From Mobula birostris (lineage: Eukaryota), in the NCBI RefSeq assembly GCF_030028105.1, contig NC_092383.1, positions 37,470,961 through 37,534,960 of the forward strand: a stretch of 64,000 nt of DNA, written 5' to 3'. Below the pieces are notes generated by a model. It searched no databases and was not told the origin of the DNA. It worked only from the letters and a program-made list of their open reading frames with translations. Positions 49,850 through 62,634 of the stretch are shown here, one piece after another (position 1 is the first letter of the stretch; each line of letters begins with the position of its first letter). Position numbers and translations under genes: made by a program.

Positions 49850-50062
49850 GCAATACATAAAATGTTCTGCAGGGACTCAGCAGGTTTGGCAGCATCTCTG
49901 GATGGCAATCAACAGTTGACATTTCGGGCTGAGACCCTTTTGATGAAAGGGCTTGGCCCAAAATGTTGATTGTCTATTCCCATCCACAGAGGCTGCCTGA
50001 TCTGCTGAGCTCCTCCAGCATGTTATGTGCATCAGTCTAGATTCCCAGCATCTGCAATACCT
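49850..50062. mobile_element. Head-to-head inverted pair of Penelope-derived hammerhead repeats
   Basis: Left arm CTCAGCAGGTTTGGCAGCATCTCTGGATGG..CAGTTGACATTTCGGGCTGAGACCCTT mirrors right arm TGATGAAAGGGCTTGGCCCAAAATGTTGATTG..CCATCCACAGAGGCTGCCTGATCTGCTGAG. Confidence 0.8.
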
Positions 50063-51049
50063 CTTGTCAATGAACTGGGCTATACAGGTCAACATCTGGC
50101 CATTAGTCAAAGATGGTTTGAGGATGGTGAGGAATGGCAGATCAGTGTTCGTGGTGGCAGTGATTTCAGACAGAATGAGGGACAGGAGGATGCAATACCA
50201 GGTGCTACGTTCTCAGAATAAGAAGTAAACTGTTTAGGACAGAGATAGGAGGAGATTTCTTCATCCAGAGAGCAGTGAGCTTCAGGAGATTTCGGCCCGG
50301 GTGGGCTGTGTACACATCCAAGTCAGGGATCGATAGAGTTTTAGAAATTAAGAAAACCAAGAGAGACCAGTTGCTACTGGAAAATGGCACGGAAGTGTGA
50401 AATGAGTCAGGACCTTATTTGTAGGAGGAGCAGACATGAGGGGCTGAATAGCCTGCTCACGATCCCATTCCAATTGCCATTCACAGGACTGGTTTCCCCA
50501 GATGCCCACTAACCTGTTTGCCCACACTAGGGCTCATGCTTTCTCTCACCTCACCCCTGGTCCATGTGGTGAGGTGTGCAGTTGAGTGGTCCAGGTGAAA
50601 CCGCATCTTGGCAGGAGAATGGAATGTTGATAAATAAGTAGTGTTAGATCACAGTCTCTGTGGCACTTTCTGCTATTGTCTGAGCATTTAGAGTAGAACG
50701 GCAAGATTAGATTGGTTCTGCTTTTGTAAACAAGACAAACTTGTGCAATTTTCCAAATAGTTCAGTGTTGTAACTGTGCTGGAATAGCTTAGCTAGAATA
50801 TCACTACCACAGCTGGGATGTCGTCTGACCCCATAGGCTCTACCATTTCCAGTGCTCACAGTTGTTTCTTCATAAGACACCAAATGTGCTGAATTGGCTT
50901 GAGACCGGCTCCTGCGATGGCTGCTGGTGGGGAGGGGGCGGTGAGTGTGGAATCACGGAAAATTCAAGTTGTATCATCAACTCTGCAATTCTGCCTGAAT
51001 ATGGTCATCTGTTCAGAATGGTGGTGAATATTGGTGAATATTAAGGCAC

Positions 51050-51660
51050 TGTTCAATGAGCTCGACAATTAGCTTGCAGACATTTGATCACCTGTCGGGG
51101 TGATATTCTCAGAGTGCAGTTGTTGGTGTTTCTCTCTGAGAATGCTTGCATTTATATAGGCCTCCATCCACTTGCCTCAGTCCTGATTGGTTACTCCTTC
51201 ATTTGATCTTTGAATTCTATTGGCTCGCATTCCTTTGGCTCTTGGGAATTGGTAAATGGCATCTATTTCAATATGTTTGTTTATGGAGTTATCAGAAGAG
51301 AACCAAGCTTCTAAAAATTCTTGCGTCTACCCTGTGTTTGCCTGCACCAGAACCTCCGCGGTGTCACAGTTAAAGTGATGTCTTTTTTGGTCCTCGTGTA
51401 CTGAGATCAACGAATGTGGATCGTGTCTCCATACTGCCATTTTGTGCTCCTGTAAATGAGTTGAGAGTTTATGTCCTGTCTGGCTAACGTAGAACTTGTT
51501 GCAGTCTCCGTGGGTGATCTTGTACATCACATTGCTTTTGTCAGTTGTCTTTACTGGTACCTTGGTTCTTGAGACAAACTTCCTTAAAGTCACCATTGGT
51601 TTGTGAGGTTCGAGCGGTCGAGCTGTCATTTCTGATATATTCTTATTGTGTTCGCAGAAC
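51050..51660 (-). mobile_element. Penelope/Poseidon-like element 3' end: GIY-YIG remnant plus degenerate hammerhead (51075-51118)
   Basis: ORF 51327-51629 KSNVMYKITHGDCNKFYVSQTGHKLSTHLQEH..HHFN; minus strand TGCACT-CTGAGAA-TATCACC..GGTGAT-CAAA-TGTC-TGCA. Confidence 0.8.
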
Positions 51661-51779
51661 CTTCAGCCTTGCCTCTCGCTCTCATATTCTGCACTTCACT
51701 ATCATTAAAGACAAGGATGTTCTTGAAGCCCATTCCATTAGCTGTTCAATCTATCATTCAAGACGAGGTGTGGTAGGAG

Positions 51780-51863
51780 CAACACACACAAAATTCTGGA
51801 GGAACCCAGCAGGTCAGGCAGCATCTGTGGAAATAAATGAGCAGTCAATATTTTGGGCTGAGA
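51780..51863 (-). mobile_element. Truncated Penelope-derived repeat with TSD
   Basis: TGTGGTAGGAG duplicated at 51769-51779 and 51864-51874. Confidence 0.75.
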
Positions 51864-51949
51864 TGTGGTAGGAGTGATCTGATCTATTGGTTCTGAGTTT
51901 GATTAGCAGCCTATAGTTTGCAGTATTTGCTACTTGGGCTGCCTGTAGT

Positions 51950-52400
51950 CCTGTGTTACAGCTTCTCCATATTATTGCAATTGAAGGCTTCTTGGAGCCT
52001 TGGATTTCAATGCCAGGAGTGTTACTTGAGAGAGGATATTGGCACTGGTTTGCTTATCCTTGCAGTGATTTTGAACTTTGTGCACTGGTGATGTCTTCCC
52101 AGTAGCTTGAGGTACTTGATTTTGGGGGATGTCCAGATCAGGGACTACAGTTAGTCAGTTTTGTACCATGTCCATGGTCTTGATCTTCTAATACCCTTTT
52201 GTTCAATTGACTTAAGACTGTGCTGGCACATTGAAGGTTTTGGTTAATATCATCATTAAAGTCTGCTTTCACTGAGAGATACCTCCCAAGGGATAGGAAT
52301 TTGTCCACGTTTTCATTGGGGTAGAAGTTGCTGGAGTTGGTCTCAGGTATATTGAGTGTAAGTCCCACCCTTTCAAATGCTTTGTTGAAGTAGCAGGCAA
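51950..52400 (-). mobile_element. RTE (BovB-like) RT fragment
   Basis: ENVDKFLSLGRYLSVKADFNDDINQNLQCAS..KRVLEDQD..TKL. Confidence 0.75.
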
Positions 52401-53811
52401 TAGTTGGAGGTTATGTCCAGTTCATTGTCATGTGTACAAGTACGGTGAGAAATTGCTGCAATGGAAAATTGTTTGCATCATTATCACAGGCATGTAGTTC
52501 AGACACACACAAAACATAATTTATCTGCAGCTTATACAAGAGAGCGAGGAAACAGACTGTTCAAAGATCGACCTTTGAGTGTCTATAAACCAAGCGTCAT
52601 CTGCAGGCTGCAGCTCCACAGTTGAAGTTTGGGTGACCTTTGTTCTGGAGTGCAGTCACCGTAAGTTTAACAGTTTCCCATGGGTACCTACAGAAATGGG
52701 ATGGAAGCAATTCATCCTCGATTTGAAAGAGTGTTGATCAGAAGAGGGAAAATGTGGACTGGGTGAAGATGAGGAAACAATGGGAACATAAAGAAATTAA
52801 AATGAGTTTCTGTGGCTTGCCACAGGATGCTGTTTTGTTAGGTAGCACACCATGCAGGGAATTAATGGCTACACACGATGAAATCTCCAGACTCCCACTG
52901 GACTGGTTAGACTTTCATTATCATTAAGAAATGTACAGCTTTACCTGCAAATAATTTCTCTCTTTCATTACTGGCTTTAGGCGGAAAGCTTATAAATGTA
53001 TCCCTTTATGATGAGGACATCTTAATCTCTGTCTGCCTAAGTTGTTGAATGGCTGTGAGTGAATATTTCTGTTTGGGCTCCCTGCTCTGATTTTCACAGC
53101 CACACCCACACAAACCTGGAGAAACTTAGAAGATCAGGCAGCATCCATGGTGGAAGATGAACAGTCAACATTTAAGGCCAAGATGGTTCATCCACTTGTG
53201 CTTTCTGGAAGGGAGTGTGGGTATCCCTCTGTAAAACTGACATCATCAGGGTCAGTCATGTGCACGAGTGAGACCAGCGCACTGTGTGATTGGCTGGTGA
53301 GAGAAGCCATCACCTTTGCCGGGAGCTCTGCAGGGGCAGTGAGGCTGGCCAATCACCACAGCCGTTACTCCTGAGTCAATCTGGCGCCGAATTAGACATT
53401 CCAGCTCGATGTTGTAGTTTACTCATACAAAGCGATGCTGGATGGACACACATTTTGTTAGTCGTTCAGGTGACTGTCTGAGACTTTCAAGGCCATTACT
53501 GTGTAGTTAGAGCCAGGCCGTCAACATTGGTAAATTGCCATGAATTAGCAGCAGTCATATCAATAAAATAAACATTGGAGAGTCAGGGAGAAAACAGGCC
53601 TCTACTGGAAGACATTATTTGGAAAACTTCATCTGCTCCTCAGCTCGGAGGCCGGAAGGGATCCATCAACTGTCTAGAGATGTCCACTTTAGGTAGAGTG
53701 TCTTGAGAACTGACAGAAACAAGCACAGCTTTACTTTCAGGCTAGCAGTCCACCAGCACAGTACATTGTGAGACAGGCAATGAGGTTTGGCTGCATAGGG
53801 GTATTGGTCTT

Positions 53812-54668
53812 AACAGGAGAAAATCTGCAGATGCTGGAAACCCAAGCAACACATACAAAGTGCCAGAGGGACTCAGCAGGTCAGGCAGCATCTATGGAGA
53901 AGAGTAACCAGGACTGGAAAAAAGATGAGGTCAGAGTAAGAAGGTGGAGGGGAGGAAGAAGTACAAGGTGGTAGGTGATAGGTGAAACTGGGAGAGGGGA
54001 AGGGGTGAGTAAAGACTTGGGAAGTTATTTGGTTAAAGAGACGAAGGGCTGGAGAACGGGGAATCTGATAGTAGAGGGTAGAAGACCATGGAAGAAGGGG
54101 AATTGGGGAGGAACACTAGAGGGAGGTGATGGACAAGTAAGGAGATTAGGTAACAAAGGGAAACAGGAATGGGGGAATGGTCAAGGGGGGACAATTACAG
54201 GAAATGTTCAAGAAATCAATATTCATGTCTTCAGGTTGGAGGCTACCCAGACAGAATATAAGGCATTGCTCCTCCAACCTGAGTGTGGCCTCTTTGCAAC
54301 AGTAGAGGAGGCCATAGACTATCATGTCAGAATAGGAATGGGAAGTAGAATTGAAATGGGTGGTCACTGGAAGATCCTGCTTTTTTTGGCGGATGGAGCG
54401 TAGGTGCTCGGCAAAGCAGTCTTACTGTCTGCGTTGGGTCTCACCAATATACAGGAGGCCACACCGGGAGCACTGGATACAGTAGGTGACCCCCAGCAGA
54501 CTCACAGGTGAAGTGTTACCTCACCTGGAAGGACTGTTTGGGGCCCTGAATGGTAGTGAGGGAGGAGGTGTAGGGGCAGGTGTTCCACTTGTTCCACTTG
54601 CAAGAATGAGTGCCAGGAGGGGAGATCAGTGGGGAGGGAGAAATGGACAAGGGAGTCGCGTAGGGACA
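53812..54668 (-). mobile_element. Penelope-like element 3' end (GIY-YIG C-terminus plus 3' repeat); probable parent type of the short hammerhead repeats
   Basis: HFTCES..VTYCIQCSRCGLLYIGETQ..EHLRS; HFNSTSHS..EEQCLIFCLGSLQP (ORF 54146-54367). Confidence 0.9.
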
Positions 54669-55514
54669 GTATTTTGGGATCTTCTTGTCTGGAATTTCTA
54701 CACAGCACAGTGTGTCATGGTTAGGCTCATTTTCACCTCATCCCTCAGCCAGAATCAAATAACAGATTATGTGATTGCTTTCCCATGTCAATTTATTGGA
54801 CTGCTGGTACATATAAATTGGCTGCTTTATTTTACACATTACAACAATATGCTAAATTGGCTCCAGAGTTGTTTGGGATATCCTGAGGACATGAAAGCAT
54901 CATAGAAGTAGAAGTCTTTCTTTCATCAACGGGATTAAAGAAATTCCCTACCATACTTAAAGTGCATATTTCACTGATAAATTGTAAGCTCAATATTCAC
55001 TATTGGAAATGACCTGAAGTTTAGAATCCACAGTCAAGGGTAATGTTCAGCAGTTTAATAGGTGCTTGTAAATGGCACAGAGCTACAGATTAATGCTGCC
55101 ATTCTAGCAGACCACATGCTGATTCATGAGCTACAGCACCTTCACTGACTGGGCTGACAGTCCATCCGTAATTACTACTTGTAAGCAATCTTTGTGAAAC
55201 ATTGTCTCATCATTCAAAGGAGAGATTAGCTCAAAACTTCAGGGTTTAACTGGGTTTGCTGCAGTTTAATTAACAGCAAGATGGATGCAAAAACACAGGA
55301 AATCTTTTAATTGTCAGATATCCATAAAGGCAAAGTATAGGCCCTGATTATCCAGACCAAGATTCACAGAGAAGGCAGGGGGGTAGATGGGGCAACAGCG
55401 GACGGTGGTAAAATCACCTTTTGATTGCTTGCTCTATCAAGGATATGGGAACTAAAATTGGAAATATTTTTTCATCTGCAAATCACAGAATCCCTGAATG
55501 ACTATGGAACAGAT

Positions 55515-55810
55515 TAAAGATTATTTTATTTGTCACATGTACAATGAAACATCAAAACATACAGTGACATGCATTGTTTGCGTCAAATCAAATCAATGAG
55601 AATTGCGCTGGGCAGTCCACAAGTGCTGCCACGCTTCCAGTGGCAACATAGTGTGCTCACCACCCACTAACCCTAACTGTATGCCTTTGGATTGTGGGAA
55701 TAAGCTGAAGGACCCGGAGGAGATGCACGTAATCATGGGGAGAACATACGACAACTCCGGATTGCTGGTGGTGTAAAGCAATGCTCTAACCACTACGTTA
55801 CCATGCCACC
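55515..55810 (-). mobile_element. V-SINE-like element with a LINE tail
   Basis: Minus-strand GGTGGCATGGTAACGTAGTGGTTAG head; GTTCTCCCCATG; AATAAAATAATC tail. Confidence 0.7.
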
Positions 55811-56110
55811 TTTCAGCCCATTGAGTCTGTGCAGGTGCAACATGAGTTACACTCTCCTCCCTCTCTCCTTGGCCTTGCCTTCATTCCATGTAACCTGCCT
55901 TTTGACAACAGAAAGTTTCTTTCTATCTTTGTGATTTTGATACCTCCATTAGATCTCATCACAACCTCCTCTGTAACAAAGGCAATATAGAGTTGGACGG
56001 CAGGGGGAAAAGAACCATCAACTCATTGATTCCAAAAGAACAATCAAAGATCTTTCACACCAGGTTGGTGCTATTTTGTGGGGAAGATTCTCTGCTCTGA
56101 AATGGGTATA

Positions 56111-56857
56111 CAGTCGATTCCAGTTAATTGGATCATCGGTTAATCGGGGCAACTGCTTATTTGGGACAATTCTTAAATAACAAAAATTAATTGAAAAAAT
56201 ATCTGGGATTCCCTTCATTTATTTGGGGCACTGTGTCACTTTATTGGACCAGGAGCCTGAAACAAGTTCACAACTTCAGCAAGTTAGGAACTACAAATAA
56301 TTTGAAGACTTTGGCAATCACCTTGAATGTTACAATGAAAATGAAGATTTTGAGGATAAAAATTGTCAAACACATTGTATGAAGGCAGTTCATTTTCTGT
56401 GCTAGGTGCCTGTGCTGATATGTTCACAGTCAATCAAACAAACACTTCAGCAAATACTGTGCATGAATTCCTCCATGAATAACTATTAGGAACTACCGTT
56501 TTATAGCCAGTGTCAGTCCTGAAGTAGGTCTCGGCCCAAAACATCAACTGTTTATTCATTTCGGTTGATGCTACCTGACCTACTGAGTTCCTCCAGCATC
56601 TTGTATGTGTTGCTTTGGATTTCCAGCATCTGCAGACTTCCTCGTGTTTACAGTTTTATCATACTGTAGTAGTTTGTTAGAGTTCTAATTTATTGTGTAT
56701 TTCATTTAAATACATAATTTATTACTCAGTTAAAAGGTAGTTCCTTTTTTTTATACATTTTTAACTATTTCCATGAAACTTTGGCTAATTGGGGCAGCCA
56801 CTTAATTGGATGAAAATGTACTAATCCCAATGTGTCCCAACTAACTGGAATCCACTG
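56111..56857. mobile_element. Tigger/pogo-like non-autonomous DNA transposon carrying a nested Penelope hammerhead repeat (56505-56648)
   Basis: TIR CAGTCGATTCCAGTTAATTGG / CCAACTAACTGGAATCCACTG; left TA; nested repeat flanked by TACMGTTTTAT (56494-56504, 56649-56659). Confidence 0.75.
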
Positions 56858-57307
56858 TCTTGTCTCTTCTGGACTTGATCCAGCAAAATATTGAAAGCAG
56901 CAAGAGAAAGTTCAACACCTCTCCAAAGTTTCTCCCCTTGAAAGTCATTCAAGTGTAGATCTTCGACTGGCCATGCAACAAGCAATTTCACATTAACGTG
57001 CAGCAGCATCTGGGCAGCAACAAACCAGAGACCCAGCTTCAGTTCAGCCCAGCAAATTGATCTCTAGAGACAGGGCAGATTGACCTTTCTCAGACTGGTA
57101 AGAAAACACATCTGTGCTTACTATCCGTGCAAACTATAACCTGTAATGATGCTTGGAGATCAAAAATACCGAAGGTGTTGGAAAATTAAACAAAAAAAAA
57201 ACAAAAAAATGTTGCAAAATCCTAGCATGTCAGGCAGTATCAATGGAAAGAGAAGCAGAGTTGGCATTTCAGGTCAAAGTCTCTCCATCAAAGGTGAGTG
57301 ACTTAGA

Positions 57308-58500
57308 TCAGAATCAGGTTTATTATCGCTGGCATGTGTCATGAAAGTTGTTAATTTAGCAACAGCAGTTCAAAGCAATACATGATAAATATAGAAAAAA
57401 GCAAATCAATAACAGTAAGTATATATATGTCTTATTAAATAGTTAGATTAAAAATAGTGCAAAATAGAAATAATGTATAAAAGAAAGTGAGGTAGTGTTC
57501 ACAAGTTCAATGTCCGTTCAGGAATCAGATGGCAGAGGGGAAGAAGCTGTTCCTGAATCACTGAGTGTGTGCCTTCAGGCTTGTATACCTCCTTCCCAAT
57601 GGTAACAATGAGAAGAGGGCATGACCTCAGTGATGGGAATTCTTAATAATGGAAGCTACCTTTCTGAGGCACCGCTCCTTGAAGATGTTGTGGATACTAC
57701 AGGAGCTACTACCCAAGATGGAGCTGACAAATTTTACAACTGTTGCGTGTACATAACATAATTGGGGGCTCGTCCAGGATCTTTCAGTCACGTACGGTAG
57801 CCCCCCCACCCCCCGCCACCACCACCATACCAGACAGTGGGGCAGCCTGTCAGAATGCTCTCCATGGTACATCTAGTTAAGTTTTCGAGTGTTTTATATG
57901 ACAAACCAAACCTCTTCAAACTCCAAATGAAATATAGCTGCTGTCTTGTCTTCTTTATAGCTGCATCAATATGTTGGGACCAGGTTAGATCCTTAGAGAT
58001 CCTGACACCAAGGAATTTGAAATTGCTCACTGTCTCCACTTCTGATCCCTCTATGATGATTGGTTCATGTTCCATTGTCTTACCCTCCCTGAAGTCCACA
58101 ATCAGCTCTTTTCTCTTACTGACACTGAAAATTGTTGCTGCGACACCACTCAACTAGCTGACATATCTTGCTCTTGTACGTTACCTCTCTTTTCCATGGT
58201 TGTATCATCAGCAAATCTATAAATGGAATTTGAGCTCTACCTAGCCACACAGTCATGGATATAGAGGAAGTGGACCAGTGGGCTAAGCTCACATCCCTGT
58301 GGTGCACCAGTACTGAACATCAGCAAGAAGGAGGTAATATCACCTATTCATGTAGATTGTGGTCTTCCAGTTACAAAGTTGAGGATTCAGTTGCAGAGGG
58401 AGGTACAGAGGCCCAGGTTCTGTGGCTTATCAATCAGGACCATGGGAACATTGGTGTTAAATGCTGAGCTATAGTCAATGAACAGCATCCTGGCAAAGGT
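57308..58500 (-). mobile_element. Rex/Babar-like LINE RT and 3' fragment
   Basis: KELIVDFR, FKFLGVRIS, RCTMESILTGC (ORF 57788-58153). Confidence 0.88.
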
Positions 58501-58904
58501 GAGTGGTAATAGAGACCAAGTTAACATTCTGGTCAATGACCTTTTTTCTTACTGACCAGGATGCTGCCTGGATTAAGGAGAGGCTGGACAAACCTGGCTT
58601 GTTTTCTCTGGAGCAAGCAGAGGCTAAGAGGAGACCTGATAGAGGCTAATAATATTACGAGAGGCAGAGATAGATTAGGCAGCCAGTATCCTTTTCCCAG
58701 GATGGAAATGTGAGAGAGGGCTTGGCGAGAGAGGGGGGAGATGTTCAAGGCAGGTTTATTTTAACACAGAGAGTTGTGGGTGCCTGGAATGCATCTGTAC
58801 AGGCACATGCATATGCAGAGAATACGCCGGCATGGGCATTACATAGGCAGAAGGGATTGGTTTAGTTAGGTATTTAATCAATATTTTAATTAATTCAGCA
58901 CAAC

Positions 58905-59703
58905 CACAGGAGCCTGAAGACCAGCGCTCAATGTTTTAGTAACAGCTTTTTCTTCTCTGCCAACAATTACCTGTATTGTTGCTCGTCCATTGTCGTCATC
59001 AGTGAAGACTTCAGCACCATTATGATGATGTTGAGACTAGCGTGTGATTTGGATTTAAGTGAGGGAGAGTTGCGTAGCATTGCCTCACTCTCTCTTCCCA
59101 ATTCCCATCTGGATCCAGTGGCAAGACAGAGTCGAGACGGCTGGAGATGGGACTAGGTGCAGTGGATGACCAAACATCTTCTGTGTCTTGTCCTGCTCTA
59201 CACGTTCCACGACGCTTGCAGACACAGCCTTCTTGACTGTTGGACCTTCCATTGGTTTCAATCCGCTCAATCCGCCAGAGTCTTTCTTGATATGCTGGGA
59301 TAGACAACACCCTATCTCACTGAGGTTTTGAGACCTGTCGGCTACCCTCACCTGGTTTAGCCGGCTTGTCGAGGCTTTTGCCCAGGGTGTGGTCGCTGTC
59401 ACATGCAAACAGCTATGAGGAGTCACAGGTGACAGCTGAGTGCCAGCTGGGAACCAAAGGTGGACTAACCGCCTTGAAAAGGACGTGACATGTTCCCCCA
59501 CCAGAGGTGCTACCCCTCCCTGACACCCCATACTCCCCAGATACCTGTACAGCCCATGGGCACTACTGCACCACTCCACCTTTGTGTTATTTATTTATTT
59601 ATTTTATTGCAACTTCTGATAATTTTTAATATCTTACACAGTACTTCTGCCACAAAACAACCAATTTCCCAGCATTTGTCAGTGATAATAAAGTTGACTC
59701 TGA
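58905..59703 (+). mobile_element. Rex/Babar tail split by RTE-SINE copy 2
   Basis: CAGGAGCCTGAAGACC..CTCTGCC upstream; CCCATG..GATAATAAAGTTGACTCTGA downstream. Confidence 0.65.
58976..59538 (-). mobile_element. Non-autonomous RTE-derived short element (copy 2) with a decayed HDV-like ribozyme at 59345-59538
   Basis: Full-length reverse-complement homology to 4602-5171; TSD core TACCTGTA (58968-75, 59542-49); short CAACAA tail. Confidence 0.85.
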
Positions 59704-60249
59704 CAGCACTGAGGTCTGAAGGACCTGTCACTGTGAGTTATTGTTCTATGTTTCTCTCCTCCTCTCCTTGGTTGAAGGAACCATTGCCTTTTGGATGATG
59801 CTCCTCTGCAGGAAGCCCATGGAGACCGTGAGGTCAATTTCTGTAACCTGTCGGTCACATCCCTTGGCTCCTGAGGGGCCCCACACTTCAGTAATCACGA
59901 ACCACTCAATGTGCAGAAAGGAGCCACAAAATGACAAAGGCTACAGGTGCTCCAGGGGTCAGTGGCTGACATTGCATTGATTACTACAGGAACAGCCCTC
60001 ACTCCACCTCAGGACGTCCTTCAGCTGCGCTGTGGACAGCTCACTGGTTGAGGGACACTCTTTCTTGGAAAAGCAGAGTAGCCAAAGATGCAAAGCTCAT
60101 CATCTAGTGAGGAAGATGGTCACAGATTGTTTCAGGTACACATTTGTCTTTCATAGACTGAGGATCAAATCCCCTCTTGTGAGTTTCACGAAATGAATAG
60201 TGAATGCCAGTCATTAGGGTGCTGAAGAACTGCTGATGAATCAAGTTGA

Positions 60250-61290
60250 AGTCATAGTCATAGAATCACAGAGCACTACAGCACAGAAATAACTGATCCA
60301 GTCAGTATCAAACTATTATTCTGCATAGTCCTGTAGACCCACACCTGGATATAGCCCTCCCATCCATGTACATCCAAATTTCTCCTAAATGTTGAAATTG
60401 GACCCGCATCTGGCGCTTCCCCTGGAAGCTCGTTCTACATGCTCACCACCCTCTGAGTGAAGTTCCCCGTAAACATTTCACCCTTCACTCTTCCTTCACT
60501 GACTCAGTTCTAGTCTCAGCCAAGCTCAGTGGGAAAAGCCTGCTGGCATTTACCCTCTCTATACCCCTCACAATCTTGTCTACCACTATCAAACCTCCCT
60601 TTATTTTCCTCGCTCTAGGGAAAAAGTCTTAACTTATCCAGCCTTGCCTCAAACCCTCAAGTCGTGACAACATTCTTGAAAATTTTCTCTGTCCTTTTTC
60701 AACCTTATTGATCTCTTTCCTGGAGCTAGGTGACCAGAACTACACACAATACTGTACTCCAAATTAGTCCTCACCAACGTCTTAACCAACTTCAACATAA
60801 CAGACTAACTCCTGGACTCAATACTTTGTTTATGGAGGCCCTCTGCAATCTCATCTGCCTGTGGGACACTACTTTCAAGCTATTATGGACCTGTATTCCC
60901 GGTTCTACTGCACTCCTCAGTGCCCTACCACTCACTGTGCAAATCCTACCCTCCCAAAGTGCAACATCTTACACTGGTCTGAATTAAGTTCCTTCTGCCT
61001 CTTTTCAGCCCATTTTTCCAGCTTGTCCAGATCCTGCTGCAAGTTTTGTTAACCTTCACCGCTGTCCTCTATGCCCCAGTCTTGGTGTCATCACAAGTTT
61101 ACTGATCCAAATTGCTACATTATCATCCAGCTTGTTGATACAGATGACAAGCATCAACAGATCCAGCACCAATCTCCTGGAGCACAGCACTAGTCACAGG
61201 CCTTCAGTTAGAGAGCTAACCATCTACTACCATTCTCTGTCGTCTCCTGCAAAGCCAATAACAAATCTAACTTAATGCCTCCCGCTGAAT
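60250..61290 (-). mobile_element. CR1 3' fragment
   Basis: Minus-strand CTCAGAGGGTGGTGAGCATGTAGAAC; (CTATGA)n tail near 60250-60265. Confidence 0.75.
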
Positions 61291-61364
61291 ACCATGACAA
61301 TGATTGCTAAACATCGCAAGACCGTAGATTCAAAAAACTAGGTAATGATAGAGACCTAGAAGAT

Positions 61365-62335
61365 GTGGAGTGCCTCAGGGATCTGTTCTGGGATCCCCTA
61401 CTCTCCATGATTTTTATAAATGATCTGGATGAGGAAGTGGAGGGATGGGTTAGTAAATTTGCTGATGACAAAGGTTGGGGGTGTTGTGGATAGTGTGGAA
61501 GGTTGTCAGAGGTTACAGCAGGACATTGATAGGATACAAAACTGGGCTGAGAAGTTGCAGATGGAGGTCAATCCAGATAAGTGTGAGGTGGTTCATTTTA
61601 GTAGGTCAAACATAATGGCAGAATATAATATTAATGGTAAAACTCTTGGCAGTGTGGAGGATCAGAGGGATCTTAGGGTCCGAGTCCATAGGACATTCAA
61701 AGCTGCTGCGCAGATTGACTCTGTGGTTAAGAAGGCATACAGTGCATTGGCCTTCATCAATCGTGGGATTGAGTTTAGGAGCCGAGAGGTAATGTTGCAG
61801 CTATATAGGTCCCTGGTCAGACCCCACTTGGAGTACTGTGCTCAGTTCTGGTCGCCTCACTGCAGGAAGGATGTGGAAACCATAGAAAGGGTGCAGAGGA
61901 GACTTACAAGGATGTTGCCTGGATTGGGGAGCATGCCTTATGAGAATAGGTTGAGTGAACTTGGCCTTTTCTCCTTGGAGAGATGGAGGATGAGAAGTGG
62001 TCGGATAGAGGTGTATAAGATGATGAGAGGCATTGATCGTGTGGATAGTCAGAGGCTTTTTCCCAGGGCTGAAACGGCTAGCATAAGAGGGCACAGGTTT
62101 AAGGTCTTGGAAGTAGGTACAGAGGAGATGTCAGGGTAAGTTTTTTATGCAGAGACTGGTGAGTGCGTGGAATGGGCTGCCCGTGACGATGGTGGAGGCG
62201 GATACAATAGGGTATTTTAAGGTACATGGAGCTTAGGAAAATAGATTGCTATGGGTAACTCTAGGTAATCTCTAAGGGAAGGATATGTTCGGCACAGCTT
62301 TGTTGGCCAAAGGGTCTGTAGGTTTTCTATGTCTC
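61365..62335 (+). mobile_element. CR1 RT C-terminus and 3' UTR (ORF 61420-62139)
   Basis: GVPQGSVLG, FINDLD, LVRPHLEYCAQFWSPH, ERVQRRLTRM. Confidence 0.92.
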
Positions 62336-62634
62336 TTTGTTTCTAAATAAAAACACAGTGAATCCAAACTCTGCAGTCATCTGTGCAGCAGATAATCTGA
62401 CCTATATCATGATCTGTAGAGAGTTAAATATGATACTGTATCAGGCACATTTCCAGTCAATTTTTTATTGCCATTCATTCTGTAGTAGAAATGAACGAAG
62501 GGCTATGGAAAAAGTCTATTTTAATGGATTTACTTCTGCACCTTCTAATGTTAATATTTGATGATATGGGGAGACGGTCCTGGTCTGTAATGACAAGTCA
62601 CCTCCGGTTTCTCATTTCAAGCAGGCAGCCTTTC

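Noticed and set aside
53280-53286. CACTGTG as an RSS heptamer
   Set aside because: No GGTTTTTGT nonamer at the expected spacing.
59740-60140. Possible plus-strand exon after a polypyrimidine tract
   Set aside because: All frames close within about 70 codons and no peptide is recognisable.
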